Source: an uncultured Mycoplasmatota bacterium (GTDB taxonomy: Bacteria; Bacillota_I; Bacilli_A; RF39; UBA660). Taken from it: a DNA stretch of 32,000 nt. The position numbers and the translations under genes are program-made. Below are positions 24,247-32,000 of this stretch, piece after piece. How positions within the stretch are numbered: the stretch's first letter is position 1; the number at the start of each line of letters is the position of its first letter. The notes under the pieces are model-generated. The model saw nothing but the letters and a program-made list of their open reading frames with translations, was not told where the DNA came from and searched no databases. The stretch spans positions 7,225-39,224 of the forward strand of contig URBG01000007.1 in the NCBI GenBank assembly GCA_900546055.1. Reading direction: 5' to 3'.

Positions 24247-26565
24247 ATGCTAAAATTAACAAAAGTTAAAAAAAGTTATGTAACAGGTAATTTTACGCAA
24301 CATGCTTTGAAAGGCATAAGCTTAGAATTTAGAGACAATGAATTTGTTGCTATATTAGGTCCTTCAGGTAGTGGTAAAACTACTTTATTAAATATTGTTG
24401 GAGGATTGGATAATTACGATAGTGGTGATTTAATTATCAATGGAAAGTCAACTAAACATTTTAAAGCGGCCGAATGGGACGCTTACCGTAATAATTCAGT
24501 TGGTTTTATTTTTCAGAGTTATAATTTAATTCCTCATATTTCTATTTTAGAAAATGTAGAAATGGGAATGACTTTAAGTGGAGTATCCACTAAAGCTCGT
24601 AAAGAAAAAGCTTTGGAGTTATTAAAAAAAGTTGGTCTTGAAGAACATTATCATAAAAAGCCGAGTCAATTATCAGGTGGGCAAATGCAAAGGGTGGCAA
24701 TTGCTCGTGCTTTAGCAAATGATCCAGATATTATTTTGGCTGATGAACCAACTGGAGCTTTGGATACAAAGACTAGTAAGCAAATCATGAATTTAATTAA
24801 AGATATTGCTAAAGAAAAATTGGTTATCATGGTTACGCATAATCCCGAATTAGCTAATGAATATGCTAATAGGGTAGTTGAGATGTGTGATGGTGAAGTT
24901 ACTAGTGATAGTAATACATTAACAGAAGCCGAAAAAGAAGAAGATAATTTTTCGTTAAATAAAACTTCAATGGGATTTTTAACAGCCTTAAAGCTATCTT
25001 TTAATAATATTAAAACGAAAAAAGGAAGAACAGCTTTAACAGCTTTTGCATCTAGTATTGGTATTATAGGTATTGCGCTTATTTTATCATTGTCAAATGG
25101 TTTTAAGATTGAAGTAGATAATTTTGAACAAAATTCATTGGCCCAGTCACCAATTATGATTACAAGTCAATCAATGAAGATGGATGAAGAGACAATGAAA
25201 AAGGTTCAAGGTGGTAGTGATCTTAAAAAGTATCCTACCGAAAAAACAGTATTTGCTCAAGATGATATGATGGATACAGTTTTACATAATAATAAAATAA
25301 CGCAGGATTATGTTGATTATATTGGAAAAATGGATAAGGAAAAAATATCCGGTTATACTTATGAAAAAGGGACTAATTTAAATGTAGTTCGTAAAAACGG
25401 CGATGACACTTATTCTAAAGTAGAAATGCCAAGTGGTAGTGAGAGCATGCAACTGTGGACTTTACTGCCTAGTAATCCTAATAAAGATGAAGATGGGGTT
25501 ATTGAAAAGAACTATGATGTTTTAGCTGGTGAGCTTGATGAAACAACACCTGGGCTTATTTTACAAGTTAATAGTAAAAATCAAGTTTCAGCTTCAGTTC
25601 TTAAACAATTAGGCTTTAATGATAAAGAAAAAGTAAGTTTTTCAGATATCATGAAAAAAGAACTTAAAGTTATTGTCAATGATGACTATTACCAAGAAAT
25701 TGGCGGGAACTTTATACCAAACCAAGATTTAGGAAAAATGTATAATAGTTCTGAAAGTATTACAGTTAAGGTTCAAGCAATTATCCGTGGTAAAGATGGT
25801 AAGGAAATGGTTACTAATGGTAGTGGCTTAGGATATACTAATGCTTTAACTGATATTATCACTGATAAGAATAAAAATTCAGAGATTGTTAAAGCTCAAG
25901 AAAAAGCAGATTATAATATTTTAACGCATCAAGAATTTGATAATAAAGAGGGAAGTACTAATACTAAAGAAATTATGATGGGCTATTTAGGGGCTGAGGC
26001 CTTACCAGTGGCTATTTATATTTATCCAAAAGACTTCGATACTAAAGATTATATTACTGATTATTTAGATGATTATAATAAGAATAAGTCTGAATCGGAT
26101 ACAATTCAATATACAGATACAGCTAAAATGATCTCTTCTTTAACAGGAAACATTATGGATGCAATTACTGTGGTATTAGTGGCATTTTCATCGATTTCAT
26201 TAGTTGTATCATCAATTATGATTGGAATTATTACCTATATTTCAGTTTTAGAGAGAACTAAAGAAATTGGAATTTTAAGAGCGCTTGGAGCGCGTAAAAA
26301 GGATATCAAACGTGTATTCAATGCAGAAACATTTATTATTGGAATTTTCTCAGGTTTACTAGGTATTGGGATTGCTTATTTATTAACGATTCCGACTAAT
26401 ATAATTATTGAAAATCTTTCAGGATTAGCTAATGTGGCAAAGTTAAATCCAATTCACGCAATAGTATTAATTATTATTAGTATGGTATTAACGGTTATTG
26501 GTGGGGCAATACCGGCAAATATGGCTTCGAAAAAGGATCCAGTAGAGGCATTAAGAACTGAATAA
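24247..26565 (+). CDS. fused ABC transporter ATP-binding protein/permease, MacB/FtsX type
   Basis: N-terminal MacB-like NBD (GPSGSGKTT, LSGGQMQRVAIARAL, ILADEPTGALD), a TM helix, a large extracytoplasmic domain, and a C-terminal FtsX-type TM bundle (ERTKEIGILRALGARKKDI). Confidence 0.85.
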   Translation: MLKLTKVKKSYVTGNFTQHALKGISLEFRDNEFVAILGPSGSGKTTLLNIVGGLDNYDSGDLIINGKSTKHFKAAEWDAYRNNSVGFIFQSYNLIPHISILENVEMGMTLSGVSTKARKEKALELLKKVGLEEHYHKKPSQLSGGQMQRVAIARALANDPDIILADEPTGALDTKTSKQIMNLIKDIAKEKLVIMVTHNPELANEYANRVVEMCDGEVTSDSNTLTEAEKEEDNFSLNKTSMGFLTALKLSFNNIKTKKGRTALTAFASSIGIIGIALILSLSNGFKIEVDNFEQNSLAQSPIMITSQSMKMDEETMKKVQGGSDLKKYPTEKTVFAQDDMMDTVLHNNKITQDYVDYIGKMDKEKISGYTYEKGTNLNVVRKNGDDTYSKVEMPSGSESMQLWTLLPSNPNKDEDGVIEKNYDVLAGELDETTPGLILQVNSKNQVSASVLKQLGFNDKEKVSFSDIMKKELKVIVNDDYYQEIGGNFIPNQDLGKMYNSSESITVKVQAIIRGKDGKEMVTNGSGLGYTNALTDIITDKNKNSEIVKAQEKADYNILTHQEFDNKEGSTNTKEIMMGYLGAEALPVAIYIYPKDFDTKDYITDYLDDYNKNKSESDTIQYTDTAKMISSLTGNIMDAITVVLVAFSSISLVVSSIMIGIITYISVLERTKEIGILRALGARKKDIKRVFNAETFIIGIFSGLLGIGIAYLLTIPTNIIIENLSGLANVAKLNPIHAIVLIIISMVLTVIGGAIPANMASKKDPVEALRTE

Positions 26566-26566
26566 G

Positions 26567-26609
26567 TTGACAAAATTTTAAAAGGCGCTATAATATATAG
26601 CGTCTTTTT
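26567..26609 (+). promoter_or_regulatory. promoter whose -10 lies inside the terminator hairpin of the ABC gene
   Basis: TTGACA (26567-26572), 16-nt spacer, TATAAT (26589-26594). The hairpin GGCGCTATA-ATA-TATAGCGTC (26584-26604) followed by TTTT spans the same bases. Confidence 0.5.
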
Positions 26610-26628
26610 GAAAGGGGAATTTAAAAAT

Positions 26629-27219
26629 ATGCAGTTAAAAGATTCACCAATTCAAGTACTTGAAAAAGCAGGAGAATTAAAATATGCCCAAGTGAAATAT
26701 GCTATGGCTAAAGGTTTAGATAAGCCTTATGATTTTGTATTAGCAGAACCTTTATTTGACGATTTTAATGAATGGTGTTGTCAGCGCCGAGAAGTGGCTA
26801 AAACATATGCTGGAATATTAAAGTTAACTGGCGTGTTAGGGTTAGAAGATTATGACAGTTCTCGAAAGATTGAATATGGTGATGAGCTGGATACAATACG
26901 TTCTTATTTTGGGGATGGAGAAATAGATAAAATTGAAAGAGGTACTTTTTGTATTTTACCATATAAAAGCAATTCTTTGGTTTTAACGCAGAATCCTTTA
27001 ACTAATTGTGATTTAATTAGGGCTGATTTTAGTTGCCGTAAAATGATAGCCGGCGTTTTTGGTTTAAGTGAAGATAGTGATAAGAAAAGAAAATTATTAT
27101 ATGTTAGTGATCTTGCTAAAAACAATTCGGACGTGGAAATGGAAATGGTTACTTTTGATGATCAGTATATGGCTTATGCAGCGCATACCAAATCCTTAAA
27201 ACCGAATAGTTTTAGATAA
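26629..27219 (+). CDS. hypothetical protein (196 aa), no recognisable family
   Basis: ORF downstream of the ABC gene. ATG 26629 is preferred over the TTG at 26608, which would lie within the terminator/T-run. Cys-rich (CC, C, C, C), with no TM segment. Confidence 0.55.
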   Translation: MQLKDSPIQVLEKAGELKYAQVKYAMAKGLDKPYDFVLAEPLFDDFNEWCCQRREVAKTYAGILKLTGVLGLEDYDSSRKIEYGDELDTIRSYFGDGEIDKIERGTFCILPYKSNSLVLTQNPLTNCDLIRADFSCRKMIAGVFGLSEDSDKKRKLLYVSDLAKNNSDVEMEMVTFDDQYMAYAAHTKSLKPNSFR

Positions 27220-27241
27220 AAGACAGAAATTGTCTTTTTTT
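27218..27241 (+). terminator. intrinsic terminator
   Basis: AAAGACA-GAAAT-TGTCTTT followed by TTTTT. Confidence 0.7.
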
Positions 27242-27287
27242 AAACATAATATTGGTTATAAATTCCATATTAATAGGAGGTGATACT

Positions 27288-28181
27288 ATGAAGGAAATAT
27301 ATTTAGCTGGCGGTTGTTTTTGGGCAGTGCAGAAATATTTTGATTTGATTTTTGGCGTTCTTGAAACAGAAGTAGGGTATGTTAATGGCAGAAGTGCGAG
27401 AACTAATTATTTTAGAATTCCCAAAACGGGTCATGCTGAGGCAGTTCATATTATTTATAATCCTAAAGTATTACCTTTAGAAAAACTACTTAATTATTAT
27501 TATGAAGTTATTGATCCTACTAGTTTGAATAAGCAAGGTAATGATGCTGGAAAGCAGTATAGAACTGGAATATATTATACAGATAAAAGTGATGTTCCTT
27601 TAATAATCAAATCTTTGGAGGAACTTCAAAAAAAATATACAAAAAAAATAGTTGTGGAAGTTGAACAATTAAAAAATTTTGTAAAGGCTGAAGGATATCA
27701 CCAAGATTTTTTAAAAAACAATCCTTTTGGATATTGTCATATTCCGATTCAAAAATTTGAAGAAGTTAAAGCAAAGCAGTTTGATGATATGACTTACCGT
27801 GTTACAAAATTTAAGGAAACTGAACCGGCTTTTGATAATGAATACGTTGATAATTTTGAAGTGGGTATATATGTTGATAAGGAAACTAATAAACCTTTAT
27901 TTTCTTCAAAGGATAAGTATGATGCTAGATGTGGATGGCCAACTTTTTATAAATCTTCATTTGAAGATGAAATCGAAAAACATATTGATTTAAGAAATTT
28001 AATGATTAGAATGGAAGTAATGTCTAAATCTGGGAAAAATCATTTAGGTCATCTTTTCTATGATGGCCCAGTAAATTATGGAGGTAAAAGGTTTTGTATA
28101 AATAGTGCGGCGCTTAGATTTATTCCTAAAGATAAAATGGTTGAGGAGGGCTTTGAAGAATACTTAAAATATGTTGATTAA
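27288..28181 (+). CDS. msrAB: bifunctional peptide-methionine sulfoxide reductase MsrA/MsrB
   Basis: MsrA GGCFW active site at the N-terminus. MsrB motifs GWPTF, GHLFYDGP and RFCINSAALRFIP at the C-terminus. I chose ATG 27288 (RBS GGAGG) over the track start 27252. Confidence 0.9.
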   Translation: MKEIYLAGGCFWAVQKYFDLIFGVLETEVGYVNGRSARTNYFRIPKTGHAEAVHIIYNPKVLPLEKLLNYYYEVIDPTSLNKQGNDAGKQYRTGIYYTDKSDVPLIIKSLEELQKKYTKKIVVEVEQLKNFVKAEGYHQDFLKNNPFGYCHIPIQKFEEVKAKQFDDMTYRVTKFKETEPAFDNEYVDNFEVGIYVDKETNKPLFSSKDKYDARCGWPTFYKSSFEDEIEKHIDLRNLMIRMEVMSKSGKNHLGHLFYDGPVNYGGKRFCINSAALRFIPKDKMVEEGFEEYLKYVD

Positions 28182-28223
28182 AGGTAAATAATAAACTTAT
28201 TTATCTTTTTTTACGTTTTATGG

Positions 28224-28265
28224 TTGACAAAAGCCTGTGTTATTAATATAATGTTAATAACAGGC
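28224..28265 (+). promoter_or_regulatory. NAD-salvage operon promoter overlapped by a palindromic operator (site 1)
   Basis: TTGACA (28224-28229), 17-nt spacer, TATAAT (28247-28252). Perfect 9-bp inverted repeat TGTTATTAA (28238-28246) / TTAATAACA (28254-28262) with a 7-nt spacer containing the -10; outer GCC/GGC extends the dyad. Confidence 0.55.
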
Positions 28266-28327
28266 GGATGCTTGATTGGATAGATTTGTTAATAAGACAT
28301 ACAGTAATCAATTATATTTTTTTAAAT

Positions 28328-28352
28328 TGTGTTATTAACAAAATATTAATAA
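28328..28352 (+). promoter_or_regulatory. operator-like site 2 in the pncA leader
   Basis: TGTGTTATTAA (28328-28338) is identical to 28236-28246. A 7-nt spacer and partner arm TTAATAA (28346-28352) give the same geometry as site 1. Confidence 0.4.
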
Positions 28353-28368
28353 GAAAAGAGGAGAGAAA

Positions 28369-28980
28369 ATGAAAAAAATTCAAGATGTTCAGGACTTATT
28401 ATTAATCATAGATATGGTTAACGGTTTTGTAAAGGAAGGTGCTTTAGCGGATCTTTATATCGGAAGGCTTATCCCCTTGCAGCAAAGACTTTTAGAATAT
28501 TATTCTGAAAATAAAAATAAGGGAATTGCTTTTGTAAAAGAGGCCCATCATAAAGGGTCAAGAGAGTTCAACGACTTTCCAGAACACTGTATTTTAGGAA
28601 CTGCTGAGGCGGAGTTGGTAGAGGAGTTAAAAGGATATGAACAGGATGCATTTGTTTATCCGAAAAATTCAACTAGTGTGATGTTCGCAAACGGATTTAT
28701 GACTGATCTTGAAGCAATGAAAAATTTAAAGCGGGTGGTAATAACAGGCTGCTGTACAGATATTTGTATTATGAATGCAGCAATACCGTTAGTAAATTAT
28801 TTTAATGAATATGATTTAAATTCTGAAGTTTATGTACCAAAGGAATTATCAGAAACTTATGAAATATCTGATGTACATGAACGTGAACAATATAATGAAA
28901 TGGCGTTTTCTTTAATGAGCCAAGCGGGCGTAAAAACAGAAATGCCTACTGATTTACAGAAGGTCTTAGTAAGATCTTAA
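28369..28980 (+). CDS. pncA: isochorismatase-family cysteine hydrolase, probable nicotinamidase
   Basis: Isochorismatase-fold motifs LLIIDMVNGF and VITGCCTDICI (catalytic Cys). Operon context with pncB, nadE and nadD. Confidence 0.7.
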   Translation: MKKIQDVQDLLLIIDMVNGFVKEGALADLYIGRLIPLQQRLLEYYSENKNKGIAFVKEAHHKGSREFNDFPEHCILGTAEAELVEELKGYEQDAFVYPKNSTSVMFANGFMTDLEAMKNLKRVVITGCCTDICIMNAAIPLVNYFNEYDLNSEVYVPKELSETYEISDVHEREQYNEMAFSLMSQAGVKTEMPTDLQKVLVRS

Positions 28981-29027
28981 ATTTATAATTATTGTTATTA
29001 ACAAAATGATAGAAAGAAGATGAAAAA

Positions 29028-30488
29028 ATGGAAAATAACACTTTAGCAACAGATTTTTACGAGCTTACAATGGGGCAAGTATATCAGGATCAAGGTGAAC
29101 AAGATCAAATTGTTTACTTTGATGCCTTCTTTAGAAGAACCCCTTTTAATGGTGGGTATGCAATTATGGGTGGTTCTGATGAAATAATTGATTATATTAA
29201 AAATTTAAAATTTACTGATGAGGATATTGAATATTTAAAATCAACAGGGCAATTTAGCGATAATTTATTAAATACTTTAAAGAATTTTAAATTTACAGGG
29301 GATTTGTATATGGTTCCTGATGGTACGCCTGTTTTTCCTTCAGAACCAGTTATGACAGTCAGGACTAATGTGGTGGAGGCTAGTATTTTAGAAACCGCTC
29401 TTTTGTCTTACTTAAATGCGGGCATTATATTTACAACAGCAGCTAAAAGAATTACAGAAGCCGCAGCCGAAAGACCGGTTATGGAGTTTGGTTTGCGTAG
29501 ATCACATGGAATAGAAGCGGGGATACTTGCTAGTAAATGCGCAGTTATTGGCGGATGCGTGGGAACGTCTAATGTGCTTGCTGGTAAAAAATTCAATTTA
29601 AAATTAATGGGGACGATGGCACACAGTTTGGTTATCAACGGGCTTAATGAGTATGATTCGTTTTTAAAATATGCGAAAACATATCCAGAAAATACAGTTT
29701 TATTAGTTGATAGTTATGATACTTTAAAAAGTGGAATTCCTAATGCTATTAAAGTTGCCCAAGATTATTTAATACCTAATGGTTATAATTTATCAGGGAT
29801 TAGAATTGATAGTGGAGATTTAGCTTATCTTACTAAAGAAAGCCGAAGACTTCTTGATGAAGCGGGACTTATGGATACTAAAATTTGTGTTTCTAATGGA
29901 TTAGATGCACAAACAATCGAAAGTTTGTTAAATCAAGGGGCGCCAATTGACTCATTTGGTGTTGGCGAAAATATTTCCTCACCGATGGTTATTGGAAGCT
30001 GCGTATATAAACTAGCGGCTAAAGAAGAGTGTAATGCAATTTCTCCAAGGATTAAAGTAAGTAATAGTAAAGCTAAAACTACTAATCCTGGTTATAAAAA
30101 AATATATCGTTTTTATGATAAAGAAAGTGGTTTTGCTTTAGGTGATGTGGTGACTTTATACGAGGAGGAAATTCCTGAGGATGGTTATACTTTAGTTGAT
30201 CAAAATGATAGTTTAAATCGCCAAGAGCTTACTGATTATGAGGTAAGAGAATTACAAGTTCCTATCTTTATAAATGGTGAGTTAGTATATGAAAACAATT
30301 CAGTTATGGAGCGTCAAGATTATTGTAGTAGGCAGATGGAAACTTTATATCCAGAAATTAGGCGTTTAGATAATCCTCACGAATATTATGTAGATTTATC
30401 GGAAGATTTGTGTTCATTGAAAACGAAGATGATTGCTGAAACTAAGGGGAATGGTTTTCAATATGGTAAGGGGGTAAAACATGGATAG
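29028..30488 (+). CDS. pncB: nicotinate phosphoribosyltransferase
   Basis: N-terminal LATDFYELTMGQVY, then EFGLRRSHG and GTMAHSLV motifs typical of NAPRTase; 486 aa. Confidence 0.9.
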   Translation: MENNTLATDFYELTMGQVYQDQGEQDQIVYFDAFFRRTPFNGGYAIMGGSDEIIDYIKNLKFTDEDIEYLKSTGQFSDNLLNTLKNFKFTGDLYMVPDGTPVFPSEPVMTVRTNVVEASILETALLSYLNAGIIFTTAAKRITEAAAERPVMEFGLRRSHGIEAGILASKCAVIGGCVGTSNVLAGKKFNLKLMGTMAHSLVINGLNEYDSFLKYAKTYPENTVLLVDSYDTLKSGIPNAIKVAQDYLIPNGYNLSGIRIDSGDLAYLTKESRRLLDEAGLMDTKICVSNGLDAQTIESLLNQGAPIDSFGVGENISSPMVIGSCVYKLAAKEECNAISPRIKVSNSKAKTTNPGYKKIYRFYDKESGFALGDVVTLYEEEIPEDGYTLVDQNDSLNRQELTDYEVRELQVPIFINGELVYENNSVMERQDYCSRQMETLYPEIRRLDNPHEYYVDLSEDLCSLKTKMIAETKGNGFQYGKGVKHG

Positions 30489-31083
30489 ACAATTGGAAAA
30501 TTTAATTAATGATTATATAAAGAAATATAAAACGATAAGAATGACAGAAATTCCAGAAAGAGAATCATCATTTTTAAAAGTAAAAAGTTTTAAATGCGAG
30601 TTAAATAGTGGCACACAGATAATTAGAGAGCAATGCTTACGAAATAACCTTGAAGGGGACGTTGTAACAATACTACCAATAACAGCTAGTAATAATATTG
30701 TGATGGTGGCTCAGCCACGAGTATTTACCCCATTAACTGTTGGTTTTGAATTACCAGCTGGGTATGTTGATGTTTTTGAATATCCAGAAGATGCGGTTTT
30801 ACGTGAATTATTAGAAGAGACAGGCTATTTACCGATGGGGCTTGAAAAGCTTATTTCTTACCAGGGAGATCCTGGGTGTTCAAGTGCGGTTAATCATTGT
30901 TTTGTTGCAACTGGTTGTCAATTAACTAATAAGCAAAACTTGGATGAAAGTGAATATGTAGACTTTTTCGAATGTTCACTCGATGATGCTATGGAGATGC
31001 AGGCATCTGGTTTAGTGGTTGGTTCAAGTTCGATTGTGACTTTGCAAAAGGTATATGGAAAGAGGCAAAATTATGGAATTTAA
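30481..31083 (+). CDS. NUDIX hydrolase (ADP-ribose pyrophosphatase-like)
   Basis: Complete Nudix box GYVDVFEYPEDAVLRELLEETGY (Gx5Ex7REUxEExGU). RBS AAGGGGG; overlaps pncB by 8 nt. Confidence 0.8.
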   Translation: MDRQLENLINDYIKKYKTIRMTEIPERESSFLKVKSFKCELNSGTQIIREQCLRNNLEGDVVTILPITASNNIVMVAQPRVFTPLTVGFELPAGYVDVFEYPEDAVLRELLEETGYLPMGLEKLISYQGDPGCSSAVNHCFVATGCQLTNKQNLDESEYVDFFECSLDDAMEMQASGLVVGSSSIVTLQKVYGKRQNYGI

Positions 31084-31819
31084 CGTTAAAGAAGAAACTA
31101 ACAATATTATAAATTTTATTAAAAAATATTATGAAGAAAATAATTTAGGTGGAGTAGTAATTGGCATTAGCGGTGGTAAAGATAGTGCAGTGGTATCAGC
31201 TTTATTTACGAAAGCTTTAGGAAAAGAAAATGTTATCGGTATAACGATGCCATGTTATTCAAAAGAAAGTGACGTGGAAGATGCTAAAATAATAAGTGAT
31301 TATTTTGGTTTTGAACTTTGTGAAGTTGATCTTACTAGAACGTTTGATGTTATGAAAAATAGCCTTAATATTAAGGCATTCAGTAATGAGGAACTTTTAG
31401 ATAGTGACATTAATTTAAAACCACGTTTAAGAATGGCTACACTTTATTATTTGGCTGCGGCGTTTAGTAAAAGTAGGAAGCAAATATATTTAGTGGCAGG
31501 AACTGGAAATGCTTGTGAAATATATGTTGGTTATTTTACTAAAGGTGGCGATGGCATGAGTGATATTAATGTTCTTGCTAATTACAAGGTTTCTGAGGTA
31601 CTTAAAATAGGTGATTATTTAAATGTTCCTAGAGAAGTTTTATACAAAATACCGAGTGATGGTCTTAGTGAACAAACTGATGAGGATAAATTAGGAATTA
31701 CATATAAAGAAATTGAGGAATATTTAGATGGAAAAAAGGTAAAAAATGCGTCCTTAATCGAAAATAAACACAGGATTAATAAACATAAGAAAGGAATTAT
31801 TTGCTATGAAAGAGAGTAG
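31073..31819 (+). CDS. nadE: NH3-dependent NAD+ synthetase
   Basis: PP-loop GISGGKDSAV. I chose ATG 31073 (RBS AGAGG) over the track start 31055. Overlaps the nudix gene by 11 nt. Confidence 0.9.
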   Translation: MEFNVKEETNNIINFIKKYYEENNLGGVVIGISGGKDSAVVSALFTKALGKENVIGITMPCYSKESDVEDAKIISDYFGFELCEVDLTRTFDVMKNSLNIKAFSNEELLDSDINLKPRLRMATLYYLAAAFSKSRKQIYLVAGTGNACEIYVGYFTKGGDGMSDINVLANYKVSEVLKIGDYLNVPREVLYKIPSDGLSEQTDEDKLGITYKEIEEYLDGKKVKNASLIENKHRINKHKKGIICYERE

Positions 31820-31825
31820 TTTGTT

Positions 31826-32000
31826 ATGAAAATTGGAATTTATGGTGGGGCTTTTAATCCTCCGCACGAGGGCCATAAACGAATTGTTTTGGATTTATTA
31901 AAATTTAATTATTTGGATAAAGTTATATGTGTTCCTGTTGGTGATATTTATTGTAAACAGGATTTGGTTTCATTTTACCACCGAATAAAAATGTTAGAAA
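31826..32000 (+). CDS. nadD: nicotinate-nucleotide adenylyltransferase (5' part, runs off the window)
   Basis: MKIGIYGGAFNPPHEGH carries the (H/T)xGH nucleotidyltransferase signature of NadD. The frame is open to the window end. Confidence 0.85.
   Translation, partial: MKIGIYGGAFNPPHEGHKRIVLDLLKFNYLDKVICVPVGDIYCKQDLVSFYHRIKMLE

Noticed and set aside
28261-28330. A riboswitch (NAD+-I/nadA or NAD+-II/pnuC motif) or transcription attenuator in the pncA leader.
   Set aside because: The only structure is a weak 6-bp TTGATT/AATCAA pairing with a 28-nt loop before a T-run. I saw no GC-supported conserved stems. Protein-operator control fits the repeated dyads better.
7146-29638. All minus-strand ORFs in the track: 7146-7355, 7283-7510, 7926-8141, 9123-9371, 9493-9702, 12298-12504, 14002-14229, 16767-16994, 17296-17484, 18185-18475, 18762-19055, 21219-21428, 26904-27125, 29408-29638.
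   Set aside because: Each is 62-97 aa and lies antisense inside (or across the start of) a well-supported + strand gene. None has a Shine-Dalgarno sequence. Their translations are low-complexity and rich in I/F/L/N/S, as expected from reading AT-rich coding DNA backwards.
14307-31072. N-terminal extensions in the ORF track: starts 14307, 16112, 17716, 26608, 27252 and 31055.
   Set aside because: In each case an internal ATG has a properly spaced GGAG-type RBS and yields the family-typical N-terminus (for example MKEIYLAGGCFW for MsrA and MEKAKVYF for DUF362). The longer start either abuts the RBS, lies inside the upstream gene or terminator, or uses a rare start codon without an RBS.
30481-31083. 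The Nudix protein as the NrtR-type transcriptional regulator of the NAD operon.
   Set aside because: NrtR has an N-terminal Nudix-like domain followed by a C-terminal winged-helix domain. Here the Nudix fold with an intact catalytic box occupies roughly residues 55-190 of 200, leaving no room for a wHTH. It is more likely an active ADP-ribose pyrophosphatase.
1-32000. tRNA, rRNA, tmRNA, SRP RNA, RNase P RNA, CRISPR arrays, DnaA-box clusters or a dif site.
   Set aside because: I saw no cloverleaf-compatible GTTCRANYC T-loops, no regularly spaced direct repeats, no TTATCCACA clusters and no match to the Bacillus dif core. The structured intergenic RNAs do not resemble the conserved cores of SRP or RNase P RNA that I can recall.

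Overview
AT-rich, low-GC Bacillota-type chromosomal segment. My spot counts on single 60-nt lines gave about 32-35% G+C in core genes. The gene content (PFOR, flavodoxin, DUF1292, Preiss-Handler NAD salvage) suggests a gut-anaerobe Erysipelotrichia/Clostridia-like organism, but that is inference only. Every credible gene, about 33, is on the + strand; all minus-strand ORFs in the track look like antisense artefacts.

Gene order:
- partial ORF, then pyruvate:ferredoxin oxidoreductase, then RecG
- a very AT-rich Fic islet (Fic plus a 131-aa orphan)
- TetR plus an ABC-2 exporter (ATPase and two permeases), then a peptidase-C26 amidotransferase
- an islet of small accessory genes (YjdF with a candidate yjdF riboswitch leader, DUF3781, SAP-like/DUF6434, membrane-anchored XRE HTH)
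- a MerR-controlled module (cyclophilin-like protein, MerR, cupin, flavodoxin, DUF362), then Ogt
- DUF1292 plus a 554-aa hyper-acidic coiled-coil protein, then NfeD-SPFH
- a 412-aa surface protein, a 507-aa orphan, a fused MacB-type ABC transporter, a 203-aa orphan, then MsrAB
- a five-gene NAD salvage operon (pncA-pncB-nudix-nadE-nadD)

I found no rRNA, tRNA, CRISPR array, transposase or integrase.

I cannot demonstrate a single clear-cut novel multi-gene system from sequence alone. The best leads, in order:
1. Two unannotated ~100-nt sRNA candidates flanking recG, each with its own sigma-A-like promoter and intrinsic terminator. Their transcripts would be perfectly complementary over a GC-rich 11-mer (C-rich seed against a G-rich terminator loop), which suggests an sRNA/sponge pair.
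2. A MerR regulon with a duplicated 19-bp-spacer operator driving a conserved module of unknown function (cyclophilin-like/cupin/flavodoxin/DUF362).
3. A thrice-repeated TGTGTTATTAA-type palindromic operator on the NAD salvage operon, with no cognate regulator in the window.
4. The AT-rich Fic islet, where both the catalytic and the auto-inhibitory motifs are degenerate.
5. A run of orphan genes at 17.7-27.2 kb.

Several ORF-track starts appear over-extended and were trimmed to RBS-supported starts.
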